From Anthoceros angustus (Eukaryota > Plantae > Anthocerotophyta): a DNA stretch of 64,000 nt. Positions within the stretch are counted from its first letter, which is position 1, and each line of letters opens with the position of its first letter. The position numbers and the translations under genes are program-made. The notes below the pieces were generated by a model. It saw only the letters and a list, made by a program, of their open reading frames with translations, was not told where the DNA came from and searched no databases. Below, in pieces: positions 12,055-24,250 of the stretch. The stretch spans positions 868,001 through 932,000 of the forward strand of contig MU008166.1 in the NCBI GenBank assembly GCA_010909165.1. The letters run 5' to 3'.

Positions 12055-14302
12055 CTAGCTCATGAGTACTAGTTAGCTAGCTAGTGTTGATTGGAAGTGC
12101 ACATATAATAGTGTCGCTACTCAAATTGGTTCACTCTTAGACCAAATTTTGAATTTCTCTTGAAACAAATTTATGTTTCGTCGTTGATTTTTTAGTCGAA
12201 ATGACAGTGTTAAAAATGTCAAAACATGGGTTGACTGACATGGTACAAGAGGACAAGAGGACCGACATGACAAGGGACATGGGACAAGAGGACCGACATC
12301 AACGATGCGGACAAACTTAGGGTTTTCAAGATTTCTCTACACTCAACCAATATCCTTTTGGCCTATGTAGATAAAGCCCCTACCATGAAGACATTGTTGG
12401 CAGCAGATTTTCTGCTCTCCTTGCTGGAAAAAGCAAACTAATTATTGCATCCTTTTGCTCTATTGTTTTCCTACTCTATAAACATATGAAAATTATGATA
12501 AATCAGTGAAATAAAAGTGAAATAATCCGCTCTAGATTGAACTAATCCAGTTTCTGTTACAGGGTTTGAGGACTATCAAGCGGAATAATCCGCTTTGGAC
12601 TAGTGAGTATATTGTGGTCCATGCATGTTCTGATGGCACAATCCAAAGTGGAATGATATATTGCATCAAAAAAGAGCAGATTATTCTCTTCGAATAAAAA
12701 AGCATCGGTTTTAGCATAAAAGTCTAGATTTAGTAACGACTTTGCGTCCTGTTGTGGGAGCCTTGGATATCCATGTTTTACCACCCAAAATTTAAATTCG
12801 TGTACGTTTAGAGCTCAAAGTTTTAGCTTTCTTTCCCATGGTTTAGAGAGAGGTGAAGGATCCATCTTAGTGGAATGTCACACATTTTTTTGAAGACTAT
12901 TTATGTTGGAGCACCTTTTTTTTTGGATAGTTCATATTCATGATAAATAAATTACAATGGTTGTAAGAGGTCAAACTCCACTCTTTAGCTACTCATTTAC
13001 TCAGCTCAAGAGGCAAGACCTCTACACATTCCTCTACTCATCTACTCATCATCCCCCTGCTTTGAGGCAGGGAAGGTGGAAGGGGAAAGAATAGCAGGTT
13101 CTACCGCAAACCATCTTTCAATACGCTATTCTATACGAGCTTTCAACAAATCTAAGAGTGTCACCAGCAATTAATTTCAACCAAACCCTGCAATTGGCGT
13201 CGAGTAGCAAAGAGAAGCATACTGTTGATGTTTCTTACATCATTGAACTTATCCGATTGCGAAATCTAATAGGGAGGTACCTAAAGCTATGAAACCGAGC
13301 GTGCTCCATTGTGACCTGCATCGCTGCAATGAGCGCCCGTGCATCCTCCAACAACATTCTATGAGCATCAAAATAAGAGATAAGGAAGCGAGCTTTACGC
13401 ATGAAGGTCATAGGACCAGTTCCTCTCTCCTCGCAAACACCGAAACCAGCCCCAATTTGCATGGATTATCACCTCATCTTGCTCCAGGTCTTGCATCTGC
13501 AGCAGAGCTTCGATTTTAAAACTTGGATTTGCTCCATGTGGAAGCACCATTCGGTCGGGCACTTTTCCTAGCAAGTCCTTAGCTGGTATTTGTGCATATT
13601 TAGTGGTACTTGTGTCATGGCTTGTCCATGATTAGAGTTTTAAATTTCGTTTTTGTATTCTATTCATGCCTCACGATTTGAAGTTTTAAAAAAATTGAAA
13701 TCATTTGGATTAATTTTCAAGGGTTGAGAATTATTTATTAACCCGGGTTTTATTGTGATGGTCTCTTACTGAAGTGACTCAACTCACAGAGCTCCTACCT
13801 ATTTGCAAATTCCAAGTGTGATGAAGAACCAACTTGCGTTACTTATTTGTCGAGCAAAACTTTATTAAATTTTTTTTAATTATTTTTATCTTTGGTCCTT
13901 TGATTGCAAAACTTTATTAAAAAAGATATATTATTTACCATTTTTACACAATTTACAGGTAAAATGATTTTATTGTCTCCTCTTTGGTGGTCCATGTTCA
14001 TGATAACACCATCCAGCTGGAATTCCAGAACAAACTGTTTTACAAAATTCTCAATACGCTGAATTGAGAATATTTTAGACATACAATTCTGAGGTTTGGT
14101 TGTTTCTCTCCATGGGCAGCCTCCTAATACGTCACAACTTGACCTGTCGAAGACCTTATTCAGTGCTGTCCAGTGGCCAACAGTTTTCTAGAAGACGGTG
14201 GTGACAGTACATAGAGGGCAACGCAAGTTCGACGGTTTGATGTACACTTGCACGAGATGGAGTAGAGAGCATGTGATCAAAGGATCCACAAAAATGTTTT
14301 CC

Positions 14303-15509
14303 TTAAAAACTAAACAATCCTGACTTTTCCGGATGTTCGCAAAGTATCCTGACCTGGTGCCCTATTGCGGAAAGCTCAGCTTCCTTGAAATCAAGAGCGG
14401 CTCTGAGGGAGTCATTTTCTGATAAAAGCTTCCCAATCTCAGCCTGCTGCTGCCTCTTTCCAGCCTCCAGTCCAATCACTCGGGAAGTGAGACTGCACAC
14501 AGTATTGCACAAAAAAGATGTGAGTTCGATCCACAGGCACAAGCAAATGCACTCAGAGGGAAAAGAATCCTGTCCAATGCCGTCCAGCAAGAAGTTGAAG
14601 CAAGAAGGGAAATAACCTTTCAGAGACTTTCTCCACATCTTGGATCCTCTTCTCCATGGACCTGATTCGATCCCTAGCTTTCACGAGATTGTCAACACTG
14701 GACCTGAGAATTCCAAAGTCCTGTCTCACTCGAGAAAGTTCCTTCTCATTTTCAGCAGCTCTCAGTCTCTGTTTGGAGGTTTCCAGTTCCATGTCTTCGA
14801 GCTTCACTTGCATCTCCTTCAACACCCCGCTCGTGCCCAGAGCAACCCTCTCCATCTCTTCCACACGGGCCCACATATTCTCAATCTGAGCACACTTTTC
14901 CTTGATCTCATCCTGGCTGACTTTGGATTTTTCTTTCTCCGCGTCTAGCATAGATTCTGCTACAATCGCCCTCTTGATAAGAAGCTCCATCACTTCCGTG
15001 ACCTGCACCACAGCCGTTGCTATTCTCTCCACGTACTCTTCCTCCTCCCTGTCTAGCAACCCTAGAGTGACATCCCCGTTTCCACTCACATTTCCGGCGT
15101 CACCTCCTGAACTGCACTCTGGCTTCAACAAACCCACAACGCCCTCCAGCAATTGCATGTCTGCATCCTCATCCCACTCCGCCATGGGCACACCTCGCTT
15201 GTCCACCAACCCTACACCATCCTCGTGTCTTATCCCACAGGAAGCATGGGCATACGGAGGTATCACCATTATCCTTGCCTTCGACCTCAAGTACCCAAGC
15301 AAGGTATCTGTAGTCTTGATCCTTTTAGACAGGACCTCAACCTCCTGCTTCCTGCTGTCCTCACAGCTTGCCAAACAAACCTTCAACTTCTCCATCTGAA
15401 ACACGAGCTCTGTCTGTTCCGACTCTCTCCTCTCCACATCCGCCTGCCAGGCTTCCTCTGCTTGCTTCAATTGAGCTTTCAAACTATCAATCATCTCTTC
15501 AGGCTCCAT
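14303..15509 (-). CDS. Plant coiled-coil protein, kinectin-related / CPK-adaptor (CAP)-like. Exons 15509-14617 and 14492-14303
   Basis: Motif LLGYLRSKARIM...HASCGI...GVGLVDK, long heptad regions, and a GT-AG intron (14616-14493) joining two ORFs in frame. Confidence 0.75.
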
Positions 15510-17312
15510 GTAGAGATCCTCGCTCCCTCCAGGAGTCTGTCACAATGAGCCCCAACTGCCCAGGTCAAAGACCACCACAGCCAACACAGATCCCGTGTAC
15601 TATGTCACAGCAGCCAAGGAACTGGAACACCTCGGTTAAGCGTGGCATCCATCATCTTACACTGAAGCAAGCCATGAATCTAAGCATCTCATGCCGCTAA
15701 ACCTAGTGCATCACAAGAATGATGACGTCCTCCTGATCATTTGTTAACGACGCAGCAGCACTTGATTGATTCTCACATCCAAGCCAGTCCCAACCCCGAA
15801 CGCCTCCATCCGGCCCGGTCTGTCCCCAACAAAGCACAGCGCACATCAATTAGCAGACGACAACGAGAACACCAACCACAAGGGCAATGCTGGCAACAAC
15901 GACACCTCCCCCACGGCCCGCAAGGACGTCGATCCTACCAGGTATCGTAACTCCGAAATGATCCTGGTCGCAGGACCCGTCCACACGGCACACGGGGGGA
16001 CCCCATTCAACTGCCCACCAAAATGCCGCACCCGGAACCGCCAACAGCCTGCGTTTCAGCGACTCCAGAAGATGGGCGATTCCACAATGCCCATTACTTT
16101 GGGTCTCGGAAGCTTTGCAAGTTGCAAGCCCGGCCGGGAGTTGCAGCAAGACAGGAATGGGAGTTGCAGCACCGGCGTTGTCCGTTTGCAGGTGGGCTTG
16201 GGGCAAGCCGTGTTGGTGTTGTTCACCCAACAGGTGTAGGTGCGTGGCGCCCAGCAGTGCACCTTCTCGGCAGCGGCAGCCGACGTGGTAAGTACGCACA
16301 GATTCCTCCCTCTCAAGAATTTGCGGCCAGGACAACGCTGAGCTTACCTGGCGCCCAACAGTTCACCTTCCCGTCATGGCAGTGGGGTTCCTTGATGAGC
16401 CTCGCAATCACGTGGGGCTATCACGTGTTTTGTTTGGTCTATCACTCGGGGCACTCGCAGCACGTCTCCTCTCCGTTTCTGTAGACAAATGATATCTTCA
16501 GGGAGCTCAGGTTGACAGTCAAAAAAGCATCCGGCTTCTAGAAGTTTCTGCAGACCATGGCATGGCAGGCTGCGTCACATCGACTGGAAGTTGGTTCGGG
16601 AATTTGGTGCATCATCTGTTCATGGAGCCCAAGCATAACCGAGCTACAAATCTGTGAGGAAGAAGGGTGCGATATTCTGCGGGTTAGAAGCAAAAGCAAA
16701 AGCAAAAGCAAAAGCCAGAACATGAACCTGAACATGTCAGCAAAAGCAGAAGACACTGCGTGGGCTTGAATAATGTGGGCGAAACAGACTACCACTTTAT
16801 GTACAACGTGCCCATGTTCCTTCCAAGACTTGTTCACAGACGTTTTGAAGCTGGAAATGGAGCAGGTGTGTCGTTGCTGTTTCATTTCCCACCTGCTGCT
16901 TCGAAACAAACGTGAAAGCTTGAAACAAATCTCTTGGTTGGATGACGGTTTTCAGAACAATGTCTGCTCCACTCGTGACCCTCACCTGCAGGAAAACATG
17001 CTGCTAGATACAATTTCATGCTCAACATGCCTTCCACCATGGACGGCACACCAGATGCACTCAAAAAGATACCAGAACAATGGATCCCAACCTTGCCTCT
17101 CCGGTAACAGCACTGTAAGTATGGAGTCAAGCCTGAGCCACAAAACCCAGCTCAGCTGAGCTAGTTACGCAAATGTTTTCGTGCATATGCAAGTCCGCCA
17201 GTCGACAAAACCTGCCTCCGCAATCTGACGACCAGGTTTCACCTCTGGCCGGCCTGGTGTCCAAACGCTAGTCGAACCCCCTCCTTTCTTGCTTCCGTCG
17301 AGATACAAAAGA

Positions 17313-17958
17313 ATGGAGGCGTTGGCGGCCTGGCTCTACTTGTTGGGCGCTCTGCGTCTTTCGTCAGTCTACTTTGGCTACTTCAACATCTGGGGACTCC
17401 GAACCGCGGTCTACTCTCTATCTTCGTGTAAGTCTTGCTCGCTCTGATGCCATGCCATGCCATGTCAGGCCCTTCTCTTCCTGCCTGAAGCCCTTCTTGC
17501 AGGGCCATCCCTTTTTGGCTTTCGCTCCTGCTTATCACGTGGGTGGCGATGGTGTGCCTCAACAGTGACCGAAGTGCACGGGAGGACATTCGGCATATGG
17601 ACACTGGTGACCTGCACGCTGTGCTTCATGTGTGCTCGGGATCTGGACAACAAAGGACTCTTCATTGTTACTCATCTCTCCTTCTTGTATGCTCTGCTGC
17701 ACTTCACCTCTGAGTATCTCATCTTCAAATCGATGACGTTCGCCAACTTTAGCACCCTGGGCTTGATATCAGGTGAGCCAGAGCTGCTCCTCCTCGACTG
17801 CCTTGGCTTGTCACGGTGGGGTAGGGTTGTACGGTTTTGCTGGATATGGTCCCGGGCGTGATATGGGCATGTGTAATGCAGGTGTATCCACTTTGTGGAT
17901 GCTTCTGTGGAGACTCCAACACGCAGGCACCAAGGAGTCGGGCAAGAAGAAACATTGA
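17313..17958 (+). CDS. ERG28: Sterol biosynthesis scaffold ERG28. Exons 17313-17427, 17566-17772, 17882-17958
   Basis: Spliced product MEALAAWL...FGYFNIWGLRTAVYS...TEVHGRTFGIWTL...C, hydrophobic, ending in a KKKH ER-retention-like signal. Canonical splice sites. Confidence 0.9.
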
Positions 17959-18213
17959 AGACTCCGAAAGATACCGCTAGCATTTTCTAGGCCGAAAGGA
18001 ACTCTTGTAGTCATTTTCGTTTCTGACACCGGAGGAAAGCATTCTGTTCACGAAAGTGATGCTGTACGATGACACATTCTATAGTTTCCGAGAATGTAAC
18101 GGGCTATGCACATGCCATGGTTTTGGCGGCATCTCTGGATCTCTGGATCCGCGCCTCTGTGGTATGTTTGATTTAGGTTGAGCATGCCGAATGACCCCAG
18201 CGTTCAGTGAGGG

Positions 18214-19388
18214 ATGGCTGTAGAAAGTCGAGGAATGGCGTTGCATTGGCATCTGCTGTGCGCGGCATTGGTGCTCGCAGGTTGCAGCTGCTCAGCCGCC
18301 GGGGAAGCTTCGCGCGGGGTGCGCAATGCGGCTTCCATAGACAGCGGGGAGGCGGGAGGTGTGCACTTGGCCGGCACCTACGAGATCCGGGAAGGGGTGG
18401 ATGTGGTGTGGCAGATTCCCGTGAAGCCAAAGGCAGTCTTGTTCATCGCGCACGAGGGAGATGGCTCTGCGACAACCTACTGGGATCCGCATCCCAACTG
18501 TTCCTGCTGCGATGGCTTGCCTGAAAACCGCGCCATCACCTTGGCTGGCATCTCGCGCGGCTACGCCGTCATCACCATCAAGAGCGTTGGGAGCGGCTGG
18601 ATGTTCACGGTCCTCGAGGCAAACCAAGATCTGCGCAATGTGAAGGCCATTCTCAACTCTTGGCGGCAGGAGCATGGCCTCGTGAGCCTGCCTCTCACGG
18701 CGTCGGGAGCCTCCAGCGGCGGGAGATTCGTAGCTCTGCTCGCCATGGAAGTGAAGCTGTTTGCTCTCGTGATAATGATTTCCGGCGGAGACGATGTGGC
18801 TATTGCTGAAGGGAGTAGGACCGGCCGCTTCCCTCCCACCTTGTTCGTACAGGTTGCTTTCTCTCCTTACACCCGAGCTTGTTTAATTAGAGGTGTGTGA
18901 AATCATGGAGTGACGACGGTGGCCGTGTTGGTTTCTCTTTGCAGATGCCACTGGATGCGTTCACAGCGGCGTCCGTGTACGAGAACAAGCAGAGACTGCT
19001 GGAAGGCGGCGTTCCCGCTCTGGATGCAAGGTGTTTTCCATTTCCTCTGTACGAAGGTTACTTCTCCGAGAGGATAGTCGGCCTCTCGGCCAAGATGTCG
19101 GCAGGCATCTTCCTGGCCTTGAAGAACCAGGGGTACCTGGACGAGCACAACTATGTTAAAAACTACGAGGACTGGTGGGCGCTGGTGGACAGCTTGAGGG
19201 TCCTACCTAGAGCTCCTGATGGGGCTTTGCTGTGGGGAGATGGCGTCGTGCAGGAGCTGAGACTGGCCCATGCGTTACACTGTGTTACTAGTCTCCGATC
19301 GTCGGACATGTTCGACTGGCTGGATGGGAGAACATGGGCATCATGGCACCTAAATCTGGAAGGGGTGGCTGGCTACGGAACTCACTGA
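18214..19388 (+). CDS. Secreted or membrane-anchored alpha/beta-hydrolase-like protein. Exons 18214-18852 and 18945-19388
   Basis: Signal peptide, VLFIAH, CxxCxGLPE, nucleophile elbow GASSGG, PPTLFVQ|MPLD and a late His (AHALH). In-frame GT-AG intron. Confidence 0.8.
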
Positions 19389-19466
19389 CGGTAGAGACTG
19401 AGTTCTGCAAAACTGACCTGCCTGTACCAAGCATAGCTTGCTTGGAGCACTCTAGCAGTGAGTGAC

Positions 19467-21302
19467 CTAGTAATTCGTTATGCTCCTGAACCCGGGAGCA
19501 GACATAACCGACAGCACCTCGGTGACGGAAGCCATGGAGCTGAGAGCTGCCTTCAGGACGTCTTCTGGGCACCCTGGCTTGACGATGTCCTTCACCTTGT
19601 CCAGGTAGCCTTGGAGCTCATGTATGCGGCCTATGTAGTCCTGGTCTTCGATGGCTAGGCTGACAGAGCGCAGATCCGCACCTGGCCCTGCGAACTGGAT
19701 AGGGCCAGGGTTCCTGTACAGGTCGTCCAGCAGCCAAGAGTGGACATTCTGCAGCAGCAACTTGTAGGGTTTGCCTTTCAGATCCACTTTGGACGGGTGA
19801 AGAGCCGGTTTGCCGAGCTGTGACACACCAGGTCCCCTGAGCCATCGCTTCACTGACATCATAGCAGTGATGGGGGCAGCCCCGCATCTCCAGTCCGAGA
19901 CAGGCTGCTTTAGATTGGTCACCGTAGCCATGTAACCATTCAGCCCAGCAACCACCAGGTGGAAGGAGATCTGACCTAAGGCATAAGCGTAGTCACAGTC
20001 GAAGTTGGATGGCAGTGAACCTCGTGCCTGGTAGCCGAAGAAATGGCAGATGGCGTTGAACTTCTTGCCTTTATATGTGCCTGCCTTGGTGCGCCTGGTC
20101 ATCTCTGTGTCCACCAGTTGAGCAAGAAGCTTCTCCGTCTCTATCTGAGACAATTGAACTGCTCCATCGGATTCCCTGTCCAGAAGCAGCTGCTTCTGAA
20201 TGAAGGGAGGAAGAAACGCGAAGAGAGCAGAAGCCCAGGGCGACAGGCTGGATGGTATTTGCTCCGCAGCCACCCCCTCTTTCAGTAGCTCATTCAGCTC
20301 CTGCAACAGCGCATAGCACTCTGGAATGCTCTCGATAAGGCCTTCTGGCAAGAGGATCACACCATGGTACTTGTCCAACGTAGCTCTGGCTTCAATCGCA
20401 TCACAAATTTGCTTAGTGACATCAAACAAGGTGAGCTTGGAGGTGGACACCTCCTCTGAGAGGATCACCATATTTGGCTGTGACTGAAGAGCACACTCCA
20501 AAGAAACATTCGAAGACCTCCGTCCCATGAGTCGGATGAAGTAGTAATACTTCTCAGCGGACAGGGCATCGGTGCAGATATTGCTGATGAGCTGAGAGTA
20601 CACCTTAGACGTGGTGTCGAATCCTACATCCGTCTCCACGAACTGGTTCTTCAAATCCCCGTCCAACGTCACCGGAACCCCAACCACTTTCGTCCTGCAC
20701 CCAGACGCTGCAAAAGACTCCGCCACCTGAGCTGCATCAGAGTTGGTCCCGCAGCCTCCCACCAGCACCAGGCCGTCCAGCTCCAAAGCCTCACACGCTT
20801 CCCGCGCATCGTTCACCTGATGCACCGACCTGATTTGGTCCTTTGTCCGACATAGCAAATCATACCCACCTTGGTTCCGATACAACGCCAGGAGCTCATC
20901 AGTAATCTCCAAGCTCTTCTTCGCAAAAAGCCCCTCTGTCCCCTCCACAAATCCAAGCAACACATTTTCCTTGCTGTGCTTCTTCAGAGCATCGAACAAG
21001 CCGCTCACTATATTATGCCCTCCCGGCGACTGCCGACCACAGAACACGACCCCGACTCTGATCGGCCCCCGACTCGCGCCATCCACTCCTTTCTTCTCTC
21101 TCGCTACCAGATGCACCAGCGGCTGGCCGTAAGTGAGCGGAAACGCCCTAAGGATGGCATGCGCATCCGACGGATCACAGGCCGTGGTGGCATCCCCACG
21201 GATCACCTCCACTGCACCTCCGAGTAGCGCCGGAGGCAGCTCCGGCAGGTAACTGATGCGGACTTTCTGCAGCCCCGACAGCTCTCCCACATTTCCAGCC
21301 AT
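19467..21302 (-). CDS. PFP-ALPHA: Pyrophosphate:fructose-6-phosphate 1-phosphotransferase alpha subunit, single-exon CDS
   Basis: 611 aa. [59 protein letters not shown], and the alpha-type C-terminal extension (VKPGC...ALS). Confidence 0.95.
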   Translation of the reverse strand: MAGNVGELSGLQKVRISYLPELPPALLGGAVEVIRGDATTACDPSDAHAILRAFPLTYGQPLVHLVAREKKGVDGASRGPIRVGVVFCGRQSPGGHNIVSGLFDALKKHSKENVLLGFVEGTEGLFAKKSLEITDELLALYRNQGGYDLLCRTKDQIRSVHQVNDAREACEALELDGLVLVGGCGTNSDAAQVAESFAASGCRTKVVGVPVTLDGDLKNQFVETDVGFDTTSKVYSQLISNICTDALSAEKYYYFIRLMGRRSSNVSLECALQSQPNMVILSEEVSTSKLTLFDVTKQICDAIEARATLDKYHGVILLPEGLIESIPECYALLQELNELLKEGVAAEQIPSSLSPWASALFAFLPPFIQKQLLLDRESDGAVQLSQIETEKLLAQLVDTEMTRRTKAGTYKGKKFNAICHFFGYQARGSLPSNFDCDYAYALGQISFHLVVAGLNGYMATVTNLKQPVSDWRCGAAPITAMMSVKRWLRGPGVSQLGKPALHPSKVDLKGKPYKLLLQNVHSWLLDDLYRNPGPIQFAGPGADLRSVSLAIEDQDYIGRIHELQGYLDKVKDIVKPGCPEDVLKAALSSMASVTEVLSVMSAPGFRSITNY

Positions 21303-22280
21303 AGCTAAACCTTGCCTTCTTGCCTGCCTTCTCCGTCCTCCTGCTCCTCCTCCCTGCTTTCCTGTCTTCGTCTCTCTGTTTCAAATGCGCGCAACACTAC
21401 TGCATCCACCCCCAATGCCAGGCCGCAGGTTTGATACCTGGAATATGCTGTCCTGGACGAAGTCGGCACAAAAAGAAAAGAAAGCGACAGCAGCCTAGCT
21501 TTCGCCGCGTTTTGGATAGAAATGCTCAATTCTGCTGTCTCACCTACTCACCACCTACAGCGATGAGCGTCCAAGACGGCCCGCAAGCAACAAATCCGGT
21601 GATGGCAGCGAGGGAACGCTCGAGGTTAAGCGCTTCGTATTCTTGCTAAGGACGGAGCTCTCAGCCGATTATCGCTTTAGCCTTTGATGCACTCTGCATG
21701 CGGCCTTGTGGTAAAATCTCATTGGAGGTAGCTTTTTTCCAAACATAGGCATCATTCCGCCATTTGCTACGACCGGATAACACGTCCCTCGCCCCAAGAT
21801 ATTTTCCTTACAATGATCTCATCACCTATAACGGTCGTGCTATATTTAATCAATGTTCTAACTTTAATCTTTTATCATATTCTACTTTAACTATTATTAT
21901 TATGAAAGAAACCACATATCCCAGGAGCCAATCCCTGCCGTCCTCCTAGGCATCCTACATAACAACACAAAAGGCTATTCTAAAACAAGCTAAAAACAAC
22001 AAGGGTGAATTTGGTGCATATGAGGACTTGGACAACATTGTTTCCAAACTTATTGGAACATTGATTTAGGAGGGATCATGTCGAAGTCATGATTTCAAAT
22101 CCACCAAGCAATCCGATTCCATAATCCTGAACAAATAGTCATCTTGGAGAGTCATCATCTTTATCGACACCTATAAGCGAACAACAGGCTAGCTAAAACT
22201 CGATAGTAGAACATATGTTTTTTTTTTGCAATGGTCATAGAACACATTTGACTATACATATATATAGTTCAATCCCAACT

Positions 22281-23075
22281 CTAAGGGCTCGATTGATATG
22301 TACGCATTTCCTCCAATTGTAGAATATGGTAGACTCTATATGGTTCAATTCCAACTCCAGAGGCCCGATTGGGATGTATGCATTTTCTTCTTTTAGAGTG
22401 AGAAATGCAAATATTTTCAATTGGAGACTTTTTTGTTGTAGATAACCCTACCGTCGAAGTTGCAACTGGTTGTGTTGATAAAGCAGTTTTTGGCATATGA
22501 TCATCTTTTGTCAAAGGTGTACTAGGAATTCTGACCAACGTTATACCTGCAAATTCAGCCTTTCCACTTTCTATAGCTTGAGCTTTGCAATTGATAGAAC
22601 AAAACCAAGCTGGTTGATTAGTATATTGCTTTGCTAGTGTTCTGGTACAAAATCTGCACAAGTGTTTTTTTCCTTTTGCATGTTCAACTTGTTTATCAGT
22701 TGCTATAAAATACACTTCAAGACGATTGATAGTAGTAGTATCAATGAGTGACAAATCAATATGTTGAGCATTAAGAACCTTTGCATTCTCCCCAAAGTGA
22801 ATCGATGCCTTCCTCGTAGTTGATCTCAAGTGAAGCACTTCATGATCTTCATGATTCTTCTTCACACATATGGCACAAATTGGTCCCTCACCACAAGTAG
22901 TACAGAATTTTTGTAAACATTTATCTTTTCCAGCATATTTAACATTAGAATTATCATCATGGCGGTGACAAAGGTCTGGCATTTTCCTGGAGGAGTTCGA
23001 TGATTGTGAAGGAGCAAAATACTCTTTTGCCTTACTCACCAATGTTGGAAGCCAGTCGGGAACAACACCAGCCAT
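22281..23075 (-). CDS. Divergent PLATZ zinc-finger protein, intronless and AT-rich
   Basis: N-terminal PDWL; C-x2-H...C...FCTTC...ICAIC...H..H; IDLSLIDT..IN; CRFC.R.L...FCSINCK; C-terminal KRRK...RA. These match the PLATZ motif order. Confidence 0.75.
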   Translation of the reverse strand: MAGVVPDWLPTLVSKAKEYFAPSQSSNSSRKMPDLCHRHDDNSNVKYAGKDKCLQKFCTTCGEGPICAICVKKNHEDHEVLHLRSTTRKASIHFGENAKVLNAQHIDLSLIDTTTINRLEVYFIATDKQVEHAKGKKHLCRFCTRTLAKQYTNQPAWFCSINCKAQAIESGKAEFAGITLVRIPSTPLTKDDHMPKTALSTQPVATSTVGLSTTKKSPIENICISHSKRRKCIHPNRASGVGIEPYRVYHILQLEEMRTYQSSP

Positions 23076-23211
23076 ATTCTCAAGTTTTATATACGCTTAA
23101 CTTGCACCCTTGACGTAGAACTTAACTCTTGCTTATGAACAACACCAGCCATATTCTCAAGTTTTATATACGCTTAACTTGCACCCTTGATGTAGAACTT
23201 AACTCTTGCTT
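23061..23211. repeat. Tandem direct duplication (~75 bp) spanning the PLATZ start codon and upstream region
   Basis: AACAACACCAGCCATATTCTCAAGTTTTATATACGCTTAACTTGCACCCTTGA(C/T)GTAGAACTTAACTCTTGCTTA occurs twice. Confidence 0.9.
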
Positions 23212-23599
23212 ACGTTCGCGACTACCATTGTCTGTGTTTGGCCTAATCTTTCTAATTTTTTGGGGACAGCATGTCGTGACGTCTACCTGTTCTCCACACA
23301 AAACGTAAGTGATTTTTAAGTAGAGGATGATGTAATCTTGATTAAAAGCTTTCCCTTATATATCCTACAAGCTCGTCCTAGCTAGGTAAGTGCTACTTCT
23401 CTAGTCCTTGATAAAGTATAACAAAATCAGGGTACTATTCATAAGTCGCTATGGTTATTTCCTTTATTAGGTTAATTAATAGCTAGAGCTAGAGTTGATT
23501 ATTAAGGTGGTTATATATCTCTTTTCATATTCTATAAATACTATCTTTTGTACATATTGTTTCTGTTCTTACTAGTGACGGAACTGAGCAAAGATTTTG

Positions 23600-24250
23600 T
23601 GTCTCATTCACTTGGCCATCGTGTTCATGGGAACTATGGAACAACATGGGCGGAGGAAGAGGGGTTGTTTTTTAAGGGGAGGTGAGTCGATAGAGTCAAG
23701 CATCCTCATTGTGTGGTGCTAAGAAGAGTTGTGTATTTTTGACCCAGGGGGATCAGATTTCGATTGCTGATGTGGTGGTAACCGATCCCACCCGGGAGAG
23801 TGTCTGCGAACATGTTATTCTTAACCCTCCAGGTTGGGCGGCGGAGGGATGCGCGACGCCAAGGTCCACAAGTACTCTCCTATGCAGATGTCATATGCCA
23901 CGCCCCCCTTGCCATTGAGACTCATGGAGGCATGGGCAAGGATTTTCTAGGTTCGTCAAGGCCTCGCCAAGGCTTATCATAGCCGCAGGAATGGGGTTGG
24001 CCTCCCCCTGTCTTGTATTGTTGCTTTCTTCCGGCATAGGGTTTCCATCGCTCTGCAGAGGGCGTTGGCTAACGCAGTATATAGAACGACAGTGAGGGCG
24101 GGAGATGCAGCTTCTTCGACACCGGTGATTAGTAGGCCTTTTCACATTCCTAACCACGAAGTTCTTCGAGCGGTTGGTAGTTTTGAAATGCGTGTCATGG
24201 GTTAGTCCCATGGCATGGTGCTCTTCATTGGGTTTTTTCCCTTTTGTTTT
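23600..24250 (+). mobile_element. Degenerate 3' fragment of a CRE-like non-LTR retrotransposon (restriction-like endonuclease domain)
   Basis: Frameshifted IADVVVTDP...PPGWAAE...KVHKY...PLAIETHGGMGKDF...RVSIALQR, homologous to 42470-43260. Confidence 0.75.

Noticed and set aside
13235-13462. Short ORF in a more GC-rich patch of the AT-rich island
   Set aside because: Possibly a captured gene fragment, but I could not assign a family.
15850-16335. Cys-rich short ORFs upstream of the coiled-coil gene
   Set aside because: Non-ATG starts and no recognisable family; likely leader or non-coding sequence.
4279-21302. Bacterial horizontal transfer as the cause of the intronless genes
   Set aside because: The proteins have plant-specific features (transit peptide, DCP2 Box A, PFP alpha tail; PSI in phytepsin).
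21870-23580. Helitron boundaries around the PLATZ ORF
   Set aside because: TC-like starts and CTAG motifs exist, but I found no convincing subterminal hairpin.
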